From positions 1-59,553 of the forward strand of contig DBWI01000028.1 of assembly GCA_002308915.1 (NCBI GenBank): a DNA stretch of 59,553 nt, written 5' to 3'. Origin of the DNA: Christensenella sp. UBA1242. Lineage in GTDB: Bacteria; Bacillota; Clostridia; Christensenellales; UBA1242. A model generated the notes under the pieces. The model ran no database searches. It was not told the DNA's origin and saw nothing but the letters and a program-made list of their open reading frames with translations. Position numbers and translations under genes: made by a program. Positions 29,701 to 40,294 of the stretch are shown piece after piece; position 1 is the first letter of the stretch, and every line of letters begins with the position of its first letter.

Positions 29701-32700
29701 CGCCGTTATATGTGTAATTATCTTCACACCAAGTAATTGCTACTTCGTAAGCCTTAACATTATATATAGCTGTTGCATTTTGTGGAAGTTTGTAGTTGCC
29801 AAGTGTGTTGTCTGTTTCTACAAAACTTGCTGTTGCTGTGTATTCTCCAAAGTTTTGGAATGTGTCACTCATTTCAACTTTAAGTGCAACATCTTGATTG
29901 TTTACATCTTTGTAACTTGCTGTTACTGTTTGTTCTTCACCATTATATGTGAAGTCATTTTCACTCCAAGTAATTTCAATTTCCAAAGGATTGATTGTAA
30001 GTTCTGCAGTCATATTATCAATTGGATAGTAATTATCTGCATCACCTGTAAATGTTGCTGTTACAACATAAGCTGTATTACTTGCATTTGTTTGTCCATT
30101 GCCTGTATAGTCAACTTCTACACCATTTGGCAATTCACCACTAATTTGAAGTGATTTTGCATTGCCATCGTATGTAAATTCACCATTTGCAAATGTTACA
30201 CCACTCATGTCGTATGTTGCTTTGCCAATTGTAACAACAAATGAACCTGTTGCATCGTCATGGTTTGGTGCTGTTGCCTTAAAGTAAACTGTATATTCAC
30301 CTGCTTCTACAAATGTTGGCATTGCACCATATTCACCATCTTGAGCTGCTGCATATGTGAATGTAACTGGTTGATTATTTACTGCTGTTGCAGATGTTGT
30401 CACTTCTGTTGTAAGTTCTAAACCTGTGTATGTAAGTGTGCCACTTTGAGCAACATTTGCATCCAACTGGGCAGGTTGAATTACAAATTGTAATTGTTTG
30501 TTTTCATCTGTGTTGTCTTGCCAACAATAATTTGTTTTATCATTAATTGCAAATATTACATAATAAGTATCTGCATCTGTTTGTTCATTGTTTGTAATTG
30601 TTACAAATTCTTCAATATCATCAATGTTTTCTATTTCTAGTGATTGAGAATTACCTGTATAAGTATATGGTTCTTCAACTTCAACTGCTTCTGGTAAATC
30701 TATTTTTACTCTAGCAATTGTTACTTGAACGCTATCTTCTGCAATGTTGTTGTGGTTTGCATCGCCTACAACTTTGAAATAAACTGTGTATATTCCAGCA
30801 TTTGTTGCTGTTGGAACTGCTGTTTGATAGTCGCCGTCATTAAGTTTGTATTGAAGTTCTCCACCTTGTGCGCTACCTGCATTAACAAGTGCTTGCGCTT
30901 TAGTTGTGTAAACTAAGTTTGCTATTCCTGTTGGGGCTGTGAGTGTTGCATTTGCTTTGTGAATTACAAGTGTTGCAGTCATATTTGCTATTTCATTGTA
31001 ATTTTCTGCATCTCCAGTAAATACTGCTGTTACTGTGTAACCTGTTTCATTTGCATTTGTTTGTCCATTTCCTGTATATGAAACTGTTACTCCTTGTGGT
31101 AATGTTCCACTAATTGCAAGTGATTTTTCATTACCATCATATGTAAATTCACCATTTGCAAAACTTACTCCACTCATATCGTATGTTGCTTTGCCTATTG
31201 TTACTGTAAAGCTTCCACTATATTTACTATGATTTGGAGCAGTTGCTTTAAAGTAAACTGTGTGATTTCCTACATTTGTGAATGCTGGAACTGTGTCTGT
31301 GTATTCAGCATTTTCTTCATTTGAAGTCGAATATGTAAATGTAACTGGTTGATTGTTTACTGCTGTTGCAGTTGTTGTTACATCTGCTGTTAGTGGCTCA
31401 CCTGTGTATGAGAGTGTTCCATTTTGTGCAACACTTACATTTGTGAGAGTGGCTGGTGAAATAGTAACATTACCATCAATATATTGTTTATTAATATCGT
31501 TATGATTTTCATCACCAACAACTTTATAGCAAACACTGTAACTCTTTACATTTGTTCCTGTTGGGACATCTGTTGAATAATTTTCTAAATCAAGAGTATA
31601 CCAAATTGTTCCACCAGTTGCTTCACCTGCTGTTACAAGTGCTTGCGCTGAACCTGTATAAACAAGACCAGAAATTCCTGCTGGTGCTGTTACAAGAACA
31701 GAGTCTGCTTTTTTGATGTAAGCATTAACTGTTCCACTTGCTTCGTTATGGTTTGGAGCAGTTGCTTTGTAATATACTATGTGATTTCCTGCATTTGTGA
31801 ATGCTGGCATTTCACCATATTCACCATTTTCTGTTTCTGAATATGTGAATGTAACTTGTTGATTGTTTACTGCTGTTGCAGTTGTTGTTACATTAATAAC
31901 TTGTGGTTGACCATTGTATGTATATGTTCCATCCCTTTCAACATTAACATTTGTAAGAGTGGCATTTGTAATTGCAACTGCAAATGCAGATTGATTAATA
32001 TCATTGTGGTTTTCATCACCTACAACTTTATATGTTATCATATAGGCTTTTGCATCTATACCTGTTGGAATATCAGCAGTAAATTGACCATTGTTTTGCA
32101 TAAATTGTATTGTTCCACCAGTTGCTTCACCTGCTGTTACAAGTGCTTGTGCTGAACCTGTGTAAACAAGACCAGAAATTGCTGTTGGTTCTGTTACAAG
32201 AACAGAGTTCGCTTTTGCAATTGTTACTGTAAAGTTTCCTGTTGCTTCGTTATGGTTTGGAGCAGTTACTTTGTAATAAACTGTGTAATTTCCTGCATTT
32301 GTAAATGCTGGAATATTTTCACTATAATTTGTACCATCTGAACTATATGTAAATGATGTAGCTTGGCTATTTACTGCTGTTGCTTGAGCGTTTACAGTCG
32401 CTGTTTGTGCTGAACCTGTGTATGTAAGTTCTTCACTTTGAACAACACTAACATTTGTGAGTGTTGCAAAGTTAATTGTCAAACTTGCAGTCATATCGGC
32501 TATTGCATTGTAATTATCTGCATCACCTGTGAATATTGCTGTTACTGTGTAAACTGTTGCACTTGCATTTACTTGTCCATTGCCTGTGTAATTAACTTGA
32601 ACACCTTGTGGCAATGTTCCACTAATTCCAAGTGATTTTGCATTACCGTCATATGTAAATTCACCATTTGCAAAACTTACACCACTCATATCGTATGTTG

Positions 32701-34624
32701 CTTTTGCTATTGTAAAGTTAGTTGTTGCTGTTGCACTGCTATAGTTAGTTGTTTCTGCAACTGTTGCTTTTACTGTATATGTTCCTGCGTTTGTTGGTTT
32801 TGTTGCTGTGTATGTGCTATCGTCTGCTCCGCTTACTTTGTAAGCGTATGTTACTTCTCCGTTTCCATCATTCCCACTAACACTTGGGTCGCTTGCTGCT
32901 GAACCATATGTCCAAGCTGCCATACTTACTGTTAATGTTAAATCTGCTTTGCCGATTGCTACTTCAAAACTTGCTTCTGCAATATCATTGTGGTTAGCAT
33001 CGCCTAAAACTTTGTAATAAACTGTGTATGTTCCTGGGGCTGTTGCAGCTGGAACTGATGTTCCATATTCGCCGTCATTGAGTTTGTATTGAAGTTGTCC
33101 ACCTTGTGCACTGCCTGCATTAACAAGGTTTTGTGCTGAACCTGTGTAATATAAACCAGTTTTTGCTGTTGGTGCTGTGAGTGTTGCATCTGCTTTGTGA
33201 ATTACAAATAAAAATTCTTTATCATCACTTGTTTGTGTGTCTTTCCAACAATAATTATCTTTATCTGTAAGTGAAACTGTTACAGTGTAACCACTTTCAT
33301 TTGCATTTATTTGTTGATTGCCTGAAATTTCAACAAGCTCATCAAATTCACCAAGAAGTTCATCCCAATTGGCTGGTAAATATTCTTTTTGTTCTCCATC
33401 ATATACATATGTTTTTAAACTAGCTGTTGGAGCATCAATTTGAGCTTTTGCAATTGTTATTGTAAAACTTCCTGTTTTTTCATTATGATTTGCAGCATTA
33501 GCTTTGTAATAAACAGTGTGATTTCCTGCTGGTGTAAATGTTGGAACTGAACTTGTATATGTTCCGTCTATTGTATCACAATATGTGTATGTAACTGATT
33601 GATTGTTAACTACAGTTGCTGATGGAGTTATTGTTGCTGTCTTTTGATCACCATCATAAACTAGTGTATTTGTTTGAACAAAACTTACATTTGTTATATC
33701 TGCATTCTCTACTGTTAATGTGCCTGCTTGGAATGTTATTTCATAATTATCACTTGTCAATCCGCTTGGTGTGATTGTGTAAGTGCCTACAGCATCATTT
33801 TGTGCATATGAACAAGTAAATACAAGACTTCCTCCAAGTACTGCACTAGTTTCGTTGTTTACAAAGATATTATAACCAACTGTGTATGTTGGAACTGCAT
33901 CTCCATATGTTACTGTCATATTATTTGCCATTACTGTAAGTAGTGCTTTTCCAATTACCAATGTTCCATTGTTGTAACTAGGTGTTACATTATAGTTGGT
34001 TGCTGTGATTGTTAATGTTCCACTTGGAGTGATTGTGTAACTACCTGCATTTGTTGGATTTGACTCGCTATATGCATATGACACATCTCCTGTTACATTA
34101 AATACATCAACTGTGTCAGAGCCAACAAGTCCTGCACATGAAAGTGTGTAACCATTTGTTACCACTGCTGGAACACCTGTGTATGTTGTGTTTTGGTCGT
34201 TTGCTGTTACATTTACTGCTACATCTTTTTGTGCAATTGTAACTTGAAATGAACCTTCTGCACTATCATTATAACCTTGCTCAGCTACAGCTTTGTAATA
34301 TACAGTATATGTACCTGCATTTGTAGCTGTTGGTAATTCTGTACTATATTCCCCATCTACTCCTACCTTATATTGCATTGTACCATTTGTTGCAGTACCT
34401 GCAGTGATAAGTGTTTGTGCAGAACCATTAAATACAAGGTCTGTAACAGCTTCTGGGGGAACCGTTACTTCTGCATCACCTTCTGCCAAAACAATTTGAG
34501 TTTCATTGTTTTGGATTTTGCTGTTGTTTGGAATTGCCCAAATAAAAGCAAAAATGGCAACAAATAGCATGACTGCAAATAATGTTGCCCAAAATGATTT
34601 TTTGATTTTAATTTCTTTTTCCAT
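26723..34624 (-). CDS. Giant repeat surface protein (MBG/Ig-like repeats), putative adhesin
   Basis: N-terminal signal/TM segment; many ~80-90 aa repeats (TYTGxAQ...NAGxYTVYYK); three C-terminal TM helices and a Lys-rich tail. Confidence 0.85.
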   Translation of the reverse strand: MEKEIKIKKSFWATLFAVMLFVAIFAFIWAIPNNSKIQNNETQIVLAEGDAEVTVPPEAVTDLVFNGSAQTLITAGTATNGTMQYKVGVDGEYSTELPTATNAGTYTVYYKAVAEQGYNDSAEGSFQVTIAQKDVAVNVTANDQNTTYTGVPAVVTNGYTLSCAGLVGSDTVDVFNVTGDVSYAYSESNPTNAGSYTITPSGTLTITATNYNVTPSYNNGTLVIGKALLTVMANNMTVTYGDAVPTYTVGYNIFVNNETSAVLGGSLVFTCSYAQNDAVGTYTITPSGLTSDNYEITFQAGTLTVENADITNVSFVQTNTLVYDGDQKTATITPSATVVNNQSVTYTYCDTIDGTYTSSVPTFTPAGNHTVYYKANAANHNEKTGSFTITIAKAQIDAPTASLKTYVYDGEQKEYLPANWDELLGEFDELVEISGNQQINANESGYTVTVSLTDKDNYCWKDTQTSDDKEFLFVIHKADATLTAPTAKTGLYYTGSAQNLVNAGSAQGGQLQYKLNDGEYGTSVPAATAPGTYTVYYKVLGDANHNDIAEASFEVAIGKADLTLTVSMAAWTYGSAASDPSVSGNDGNGEVTYAYKVSGADDSTYTATKPTNAGTYTVKATVAETTNYSSATATTNFTIAKATYDMSGVSFANGEFTYDGNAKSLGISGTLPQGVQVNYTGNGQVNASATVYTVTAIFTGDADNYNAIADMTASLTINFATLTNVSVVQSEELTYTGSAQTATVNAQATAVNSQATSFTYSSDGTNYSENIPAFTNAGNYTVYYKVTAPNHNEATGNFTVTIAKANSVLVTEPTAISGLVYTGSAQALVTAGEATGGTIQFMQNNGQFTADIPTGIDAKAYMITYKVVGDENHNDINQSAFAVAITNATLTNVNVERDGTYTYNGQPQVINVTTTATAVNNQQVTFTYSETENGEYGEMPAFTNAGNHIVYYKATAPNHNEASGTVNAYIKKADSVLVTAPAGISGLVYTGSAQALVTAGEATGGTIWYTLDLENYSTDVPTGTNVKSYSVCYKVVGDENHNDINKQYIDGNVTISPATLTNVSVAQNGTLSYTGEPLTADVTTTATAVNNQPVTFTYSTSNEENAEYTDTVPAFTNVGNHTVYFKATAPNHSKYSGSFTVTIGKATYDMSGVSFANGEFTYDGNEKSLAISGTLPQGVTVSYTGNGQTNANETGYTVTAVFTGDAENYNEIANMTATLVIHKANATLTAPTGIANLVYTTKAQALVNAGSAQGGELQYKLNDGDYQTAVPTATNAGIYTVYFKVVGDANHNNIAEDSVQVTIARVKIDLPEAVEVEEPYTYTGNSQSLEIENIDDIEEFVTITNNEQTDADTYYVIFAINDKTNYCWQDNTDENKQLQFVIQPAQLDANVAQSGTLTYTGLELTTEVTTSATAVNNQPVTFTYAAAQDGEYGAMPTFVEAGEYTVYFKATAPNHDDATGSFVVTIGKATYDMSGVTFANGEFTYDGNAKSLQISGELPNGVEVDYTGNGQTNASNTAYVVTATFTGDADNYYPIDNMTAELTINPLEIEITWSENDFTYNGEEQTVTASYKDVNNQDVALKVEMSDTFQNFGEYTATASFVETDNTLGNYKLPQNATAIYNVKAYEVAITWCEDNYTYNGEEQTVTASYKNINGEDVALKVEMSDTFQNLGEYTATASFAETDNTLGNYKLPQNATETYNIKALEVVIAWSENDFTYNGEEQTVTASYKDVNDQDVALKVEMSDTFQNFGEYTATVSFADTDNTLGNYKLPQEVTKTYNIKALEIVIDWCENDFTYNEQEQIVTASYKDANDQDVALVVEMDNSFQNAGEYTATANFADTDNTLGNYKLPEEATATYNIKAYVIEIVWSENNFTYNGEEQTVTASYKNANNQDIELAVTMSDTFKNVGEYTATARFNELDNVLQNYSLPQDNTNTYNIKALEVVIAWSENNFTYNGEEQTVTASYQDVDGQDVELAVTMSDTFKNVGEYTATANFVDGDNEYGNYKLPAVSTSVYNINAIEVQITWSENNFTYNGEEQVIIATYKDIDDEDVELKVTTDKAFKNFGDYIATASFADNDNEYGNYKLPAENTNVYSINAFEVEIIWSEDNYTYNGSEQIVTAKYMGKDSQNPVSLKVTMNKEFKNVANDYVATASFVDNGNPYNNYLLPDVVTNNYSIKPVEVTINWQADDFTYTGLVQTITASYTHLTNIVPLKVEVDREFKNAGEYTATASFAVTDNFSENYVLPQVVTKSYTIKKAELDVIVEDATFILGESIPTFSFTVVGHDESDALVNQIKENSSYVVDGSLDKPGICKIKLVCNQNMFDNYEIQLTDGNFTIVQKEINDDKSGISVAIEGDNEVFDYNVSIESNTTKEITDEDLNKFSPLVLAFVGKNKIVSVCDVKLIQTKEVDGQMVEVEIQPSDIKEGAKVVIKMAIPESLKNKDFKVLHIHSNTEFKYVDYKVEGDYAYVTTDKLSQFAFVDMTGSKLQTWALIVLVLDCILLLLVLLGSVCVAAQNRRVMYVLFVLNFVLTALLIMTVLHIDLTSTIWYGGTLIIVLATIVFVLVSLRNARRKKEQAMLRAQYNLVDKKSKNKRKNSKNTSKSNQKAKKSTSNTKKTTSKSPATKTAKKAK
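27860..29990 (-). repeat. Nine intragenic tandem ~237-bp (79-aa) repeats
   Basis: IxWxExxFTYNGEEQxVTASYK...GEYTATA...NYKLP unit counted nine times; Trp codons at 29966 and 29729 are 237 bp apart. Confidence 0.85.
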
Positions 34625-34853
34625 TAAAATCCTCCATAAAAATAAATTGATGCATTTAGCCCAAGCAGTAAATGCATCCCATAGTCGTTGTTATTATAAC
34701 ACTATCAATTTTTTTTTAAAACTAATTTGAGTAAATTATATTATTTTTTTTACTAAAGTAAAAATGTAATATATTATCATATTAAAATTTATCACAAAAA
34801 CTCATGACAACAAAAAAAGAGTTAATTATGAAAATTAACTCATTTTTGCTAAA

Positions 34854-36062
34854 TTATTTTATTTTTTGCCTTAAAATATCACCTTTTTCTAATTTTACTG
34901 TTGTATAAAGATATAATTTTTGTTGAACATCTTTTGCGTCTTCAACAATATTTCCATTTTCATCTGTCATCTTTTCAACTTTGATTTGAGCATTGAAAGT
35001 TGGATTTGGTGATAAAACTTCAAGCGTATCCCCAACTTTAAAACGATTACGTTGCTCAATTAAAGTTTTTTCTCCATCACTATTGGCCACAACGCTTGCC
35101 ATAAATTCTGAAGTTTGAACTGGCATAGAACTTGACAAACACTCCTTATCTTTTGCACCAAGATAAAATCCAGTTGTATATTGACGATGACTTGTTTTGT
35201 ATAATTCTTCTTTTAGCTGTTCTAATTCTTGTGAAGTTAAGTGGTCGCCTTTGTCTATCGCCCTACGATATGCATTAACAACATTTGCAACATAATATGG
35301 TGATTTCATTCTTCCTTCAATCTTAAAGCTTGTAACGCCTGCTTCTTCAAGTTCTTTTAGGTGTTCAATCATCATCATGTCTTTTGAATTGAGAATATAT
35401 GTTCCCCTTTCGTCTTCTTGAATTTCGTACTCTTCACCTTTGCGAGATTTTTCTGTTATTGTGTATTCCCATCTGCATGGTTGAGCACAAGCGCCACGAT
35501 TTGCATCTCTGCCAGTTAGATAATTAGAAAGCAAACATCTTCCACTATATGAAATACACATTGCACCATGAACAAAACTTTCTAATTCTATATCTTTTGG
35601 TATCCTTGCTCTAATTGTTTTTATTTCTTCAATACTAAGTTCTCTTGCCAAAATAATACGCTTAATACCAAGTCTTGCCAAAAAGTTGATTGCATAACTA
35701 TTTAACACATTTGCTTGAGTGCTCACATGAATTGTTAAGTTTGGTGCAACTTCACGAATGAGTTCAATAATTCCAAGGTCTGAAACAATAACCGCATCAA
35801 CTTTACATTTTTCTAATTCTTTGATATAGTCAGCAAGACCATCAAAATCTCCTTCATGAGCCAAAATGTTTACTGTTATATAAACTTTTTTGCCAAGTGA
35901 ATGAGCATATGTTGTTGCTTCCAAAATTTCATTATCTGTAAAATTTCCAGCAAATGCTCTTAATCCAAATTTTTTACCAGCAAAGTATACTGCATCTGCA
36001 CCGAACCTAAATGCCGTTTCCATTTTTTCAAAAGTACCTGCTGGAGCTAATAATTCTGCCAT
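34854..36062 (-). CDS. Peptidase U32 family protein (TrhP-like tRNA hydroxylation)
   Basis: ELLAPAG, HVSTQAN, HGAMCISYSGRCLLS, CAQPCR and KIEGRMK motifs. Confidence 0.9.
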   Translation of the reverse strand: MAELLAPAGTFEKMETAFRFGADAVYFAGKKFGLRAFAGNFTDNEILEATTYAHSLGKKVYITVNILAHEGDFDGLADYIKELEKCKVDAVIVSDLGIIELIREVAPNLTIHVSTQANVLNSYAINFLARLGIKRIILARELSIEEIKTIRARIPKDIELESFVHGAMCISYSGRCLLSNYLTGRDANRGACAQPCRWEYTITEKSRKGEEYEIQEDERGTYILNSKDMMMIEHLKELEEAGVTSFKIEGRMKSPYYVANVVNAYRRAIDKGDHLTSQELEQLKEELYKTSHRQYTTGFYLGAKDKECLSSSMPVQTSEFMASVVANSDGEKTLIEQRNRFKVGDTLEVLSPNPTFNAQIKVEKMTDENGNIVEDAKDVQQKLYLYTTVKLEKGDILRQKIK

Positions 36063-36116
36063 AAATTTCTCCTAACAAAATTATTGTATCACAATGCAAG
36101 TTCTTTTGCAAATATA

Positions 36117-36374
36117 TTACTCTATTCGTCTTGCCCTAGCGTTTATAAAATTACCTTCAATAGAAAAAATACCACCAAATGTATCAAATTCACGCCTTTT
36201 TAGTATATTTTTTACAACAATCAGGTCTTTTGGCATAAATTTTACTGAAATACCACATGATACATTAATTATCCTTGGTGTGCTTATAATTTCACATACA
36301 ACATGATATGAACTCAAAATTTTTGCAAAATTTATTGTATGCGACCTCGCCCTAAAAACAATTATATAATACAT
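36117..36374 (-). CDS. Small conserved protein (DUF3343-like)
   Basis: IVFRARS...STPRIINVSCGISV pattern; next to a cysteine desulfurase-like gene. Confidence 0.65.
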   Translation of the reverse strand: MYYIIVFRARSHTINFAKILSSYHVVCEIISTPRIINVSCGISVKFMPKDLIVVKNILKRREFDTFGGIFSIEGNFINARARRIE

Positions 36375-36453
36375 AACCTTTTCTCCTTTTGTACCAAAAA
36401 TATGATTTATTCATATCATATTATATTACTAAGCAAAGTGAGAAAAAGTGATT

Positions 36454-37581
36454 ATGATTTATTTTGATAATAGTGCAAGCACATTTATAAAACCAAAGGA
36501 AGTAATAAGTGCTACATTGTCTGGTTTAACAAAGTATAGTGCGAACCCCGGCAGAAGTGGTCATAAGTTAAGTGTTAATGCTGCAACAAAAATCGAAACG
36601 ATAAGACAAAAAGTTGCAGATTTTGTCAATGCAGAAAACATCGTTTTTACTCAAAACTGCACAGATGCTCTTAACCTTGCTATTCAAGGAACATATAAAC
36701 CATCTGGACACATCATTTGCACATCAAACGACCATAATGCAAGTGTTAGACCTATTTTTGAATTACAAAAAAAATTTGGAATAGAAGTATCAATTGTTGA
36801 ACCAAAAGACAGCGAACTTTTGACTCTTGACGATATACTTCCCTTTGTTAAAAAAAACACATACTTAATATGTGTTAATCACATCTCTAATGTTAATGGC
36901 GATATTGCAAAAATAAATAAAATTGGTGATTACTGCAAAAAGAATAATATACTATTCCTTGTTGACGGAGCTCAAAGTATTGGACACATAAAAATAGATA
37001 TGCAAAAAGATAATATTGATATGCTTGCAATTGCACCACACAAAGCATTGTATTCGCCGCAGGGAATTGGAGCACTTGCATTCAATTCAAATGTTAAAAT
37101 TAAACCAATTAGATATGGTGGAACAGGCACAGAAAGTGAGAATGTTTATCAACCAAATGAAGGCATTGAAAGATTTGAAAGTGGAACAATTGCTACCCCA
37201 AACATTTTGGGACTTGGTGCTGGAATAGATTTTGTAGAGCAAAATTTTGACAAAATAAAAGAAAAAATTGAAGATTTAACAGCATATCTGTTATTTGAAT
37301 TGTCTAATATTGAAAATGTAAAAGTTTATACGCACCCAAACAACTTGTTTGGTGTTATTGGATTTAATATAAAAGATTATGGCTCAACAGAAGTTTCTCA
37401 AACTCTTTCTGACAAATTTGACATTTGTACTCGTGGTGGGCTTCACTGTGCAGGCCTAAAACACAAACAACTTGGCACACTAACTCAAGGTATTGTTCGT
37501 GTGTCGCTTAGTTATTTTAACACATACTCAGAATGTCAAAAACTAGTTCGTGCAATCAAATATCTTGCATCAAAAAAATAG
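36454..37581 (+). CDS. Cysteine desulfurase-family class V aminotransferase
   Basis: IYFDNSAST, DGAQSIG, APHKAL (PLP Lys) and RGGLHCA motifs. Confidence 0.9.
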   Translation: MIYFDNSASTFIKPKEVISATLSGLTKYSANPGRSGHKLSVNAATKIETIRQKVADFVNAENIVFTQNCTDALNLAIQGTYKPSGHIICTSNDHNASVRPIFELQKKFGIEVSIVEPKDSELLTLDDILPFVKKNTYLICVNHISNVNGDIAKINKIGDYCKKNNILFLVDGAQSIGHIKIDMQKDNIDMLAIAPHKALYSPQGIGALAFNSNVKIKPIRYGGTGTESENVYQPNEGIERFESGTIATPNILGLGAGIDFVEQNFDKIKEKIEDLTAYLLFELSNIENVKVYTHPNNLFGVIGFNIKDYGSTEVSQTLSDKFDICTRGGLHCAGLKHKQLGTLTQGIVRVSLSYFNTYSECQKLVRAIKYLASKK

Positions 37582-37590
37582 CCCATTAGG

Positions 37591-38067
37591 CTATTTCTTT
37601 TTGAATGTAATTTTTATTGTAATATCATCAAATTGATTTTGAAATGTTATTATATCATCTTTGTAATGTAAATTGGTTTTTTGAGTACCTTCTGGGGTTT
37701 GAGTGCTCATTTCAATATTTGAGCCACTTAGTTTGTAAGTGTTATATGAAATAGCATCCTTAAGATGAAATTCCAAATCCTTGTTATTAAGGAAAACTAG
37801 TTTTGCATCACCATATATGCTAGCAATTTGAGCTATATATACTTCAATTTTGGTTTGAGTGCTAGCTCCTTCTGGTACTTCTGAATAATATTGTAAATTT
37901 GCAGCTTGCTCTGTTGTGTAGCTTAATGTTGTATCTCCACTAATTCCATAATACTTATCAAGTGTCCATTCTCCACTAACCGCATCACCACAACTACAGC
38001 CAGCAAATACAGCTGTAACCATAATACAAAAACTAATAATTAATAAATATATACCTTTTTTTATCAT
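37591..38067 (-). CDS. Small lipoprotein (lipocalin-like), partner of GLUG protein 3
   Basis: VFAGC lipobox, VSGEWTL; start overlaps the upstream stop (ATGA). Confidence 0.7.
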   Translation of the reverse strand: MIKKGIYLLIISFCIMVTAVFAGCSCGDAVSGEWTLDKYYGISGDTTLSYTTEQAANLQYYSEVPEGASTQTKIEVYIAQIASIYGDAKLVFLNNKDLEFHLKDAISYNTYKLSGSNIEMSTQTPEGTQKTNLHYKDDIITFQNQFDDITIKITFKKK

Positions 38068-40214
38068 CTCCAGAACATCCCCTTTATGTATGGATAGTTA
38101 TTGTTTGCATCAGAAGAAATCTCCCAATATGAACTGCCTAATGAATTAACCATTGAAGATGCTCTCATATCTGAATCCACTTTTTGTTGATATCTTGTTT
38201 CTTCCGATTTTTTGTTTACAACTGTTTGAGATTTTGTATTTGCATGTGATACACCATTTGGTGTTTTGAATGAAAACTTGAAATTCAATGTTTTTTTGTC
38301 ATCACTCTTTGAGAAAGTATGTGTTACGGAACTAATTCCATTTACACTATAAGAATCTCCCTTTGTTAATGTGCTATCTTTTTTGTATGATGTTAATGCT
38401 GCTGTTACGTTTTCACTAGAACTATTGCTTGGCTTGATAGCAAGATTAATTAAATCAATCAAACCACCTGTTAAGAAGTGTGTTGAACTATGACTGTATG
38501 AATAATTAACAAATTTGTATTCAATTAAATTAATTGTTGGTTCTTCCATAGTTCCATAACAGTTATTATGTAAATCAATTTCATTTCCACAAATTGAATT
38601 ATAGTAATACTCATAATCATAGTTATAAAAATCATAATAAACTCTACACTCGGTTGAATAGTTATATGTCCACACACCCATTATCACTGTGTGGTGGTCT
38701 TCTGTATAACTTGTTGTGTGAGCATAAACATCATTATATATCTTTTTTCCACCACTAATTTCTCCTGTGTTATAACTATTAGAAGCAGACTTGCTAGTGT
38801 CTAGATATCCAACTATTCCACCCGCATATGCACTGCGATATTTTATTGTCCTTTGTAATGCATAATGAGTATCATTACTTGGGCCACTAACATAAAATCT
38901 CTTCCATTCGTAATAGTGGTTATAAACAACTACAATCAAAAGATTGCTATCTGTATGAACTGTGCTTGTGGAATTGTCATGAGAAATATTTTCTGTGTTA
39001 GAATATTCTTTTGAATCTGCTGTAACATTGCCCCTGTTAAAACAATTTGTAATATTGGCTAATGAATAAGCAACGATTCCACCCGCATAACTTGCTGTAG
39101 CATTTGAACAAGTTGCAGTAATAGTTCCAACATTACCATTTTGAGCTACTATTGCAACATCTTTTGCATAACCTGTGATACCACCACAACAAGTCCAATT
39201 AATAGTTGAAGAAGTTGTATTAGAAACACTTCCATAATTGATACACATAGAAATTGAACTGCTATAAGTAATTCCGCATATTCCACCAACATAAGAACTG
39301 CCACAATTGGCAGAAACACTGCCGTAATTATAACTATGAATAATATTTCCATTAGAATTCCAACCAACAATTCCACCTGTCCAATTGCCGCTTGAAACAC
39401 TGGCATTATTAAAACAACGGAAAATTGATGCTGCAGCACTTATTCTTGAAACAGCAATATTATCTGGGGTTTCGGTTGAAGTTAATAAATTTTGTGTTTT
39501 TAACACATCATAAACAATTGTTTTGTTACTAAAGTTTGATGAACTAAAATTGTTTACTCCAACTAACCCACCTACAATTCTGTATGTATTAGATGAAGAA
39601 CTGGTTATACTACAATTACTTGTTGTTGTAACATTTTGCAAAATTCCAAAATTAGAACCTGCAACAATACCAACATTAACCTGTGAACCAGAATATGAAT
39701 AACTAATTTTTGCATTATCAAACACAATATTTTGGATAATACCATAATTGGTCCCAACAAATCCAACATTGCTGGCACTAATTGAATATGCATAACCATT
39801 TGATTTTACATTCAAATCTGTTATTGCAAATCCACCACCATCAAAGATATACCCTGATGACAACTTTGAAGGAGACCAACTTCTGCCTTTTAGACTAATT
39901 GAATTTTTTAACTTATAAATTTTCCCACTCAACAATGATGAGCCTTTATAGTCATCTGCATGTACCCCTGATTGTTCCAAAAACATTCCAGCAAGTTGCT
40001 CTGGGGTTGAAATTAAATTTACTTCAACTTGTTTGCCATTGTCATCAATAGCAACTTCTTTCTCAAAATCAAAAGCTGCATAATTTTGCCATGTATCAAT
40101 TTTGTAGCCATTACTTGATATTATAAGGGATAGTGAAAGCATTAAAAATAATATTGTCGATAAACAATAAATCAATGATAAAATCTTAATTTTATTATTT
40201 CTTTTATAGGTCAC
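38064..40214 (-). CDS. Exported GLUG-motif protein, paralog 3
   Basis: Repeated (V/A)GGIVG...NCYNxGxV units; probable GTG start at 40214 after AAGGGG; ends YPYIKGMFWR. Confidence 0.75.
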   Translation of the reverse strand: MTYKRNNKIKILSLIYCLSTILFLMLSLSLIISSNGYKIDTWQNYAAFDFEKEVAIDDNGKQVEVNLISTPEQLAGMFLEQSGVHADDYKGSSLLSGKIYKLKNSISLKGRSWSPSKLSSGYIFDGGGFAITDLNVKSNGYAYSISASNVGFVGTNYGIIQNIVFDNAKISYSYSGSQVNVGIVAGSNFGILQNVTTTSNCSITSSSSNTYRIVGGLVGVNNFSSSNFSNKTIVYDVLKTQNLLTSTETPDNIAVSRISAAASIFRCFNNASVSSGNWTGGIVGWNSNGNIIHSYNYGSVSANCGSSYVGGICGITYSSSISMCINYGSVSNTTSSTINWTCCGGITGYAKDVAIVAQNGNVGTITATCSNATASYAGGIVAYSLANITNCFNRGNVTADSKEYSNTENISHDNSTSTVHTDSNLLIVVVYNHYYEWKRFYVSGPSNDTHYALQRTIKYRSAYAGGIVGYLDTSKSASNSYNTGEISGGKKIYNDVYAHTTSYTEDHHTVIMGVWTYNYSTECRVYYDFYNYDYEYYYNSICGNEIDLHNNCYGTMEEPTINLIEYKFVNYSYSHSSTHFLTGGLIDLINLAIKPSNSSSENVTAALTSYKKDSTLTKGDSYSVNGISSVTHTFSKSDDKKTLNFKFSFKTPNGVSHANTKSQTVVNKKSEETRYQQKVDSDMRASSMVNSLGSSYWEISSDANNNYPYIKGMFWR

Positions 40215-40294
40215 ATTAATCCCCTTATTAATTATATAATACAACAATTGTTATAAAAATAAAAGTGTTAAATAAAAAAAATAGCCTAATTAGG

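Noticed and set aside
28946-30154. Long plus-strand Cys/Phe-rich ORFs
   Set aside because: Antisense shadows of the repetitive surface-protein gene
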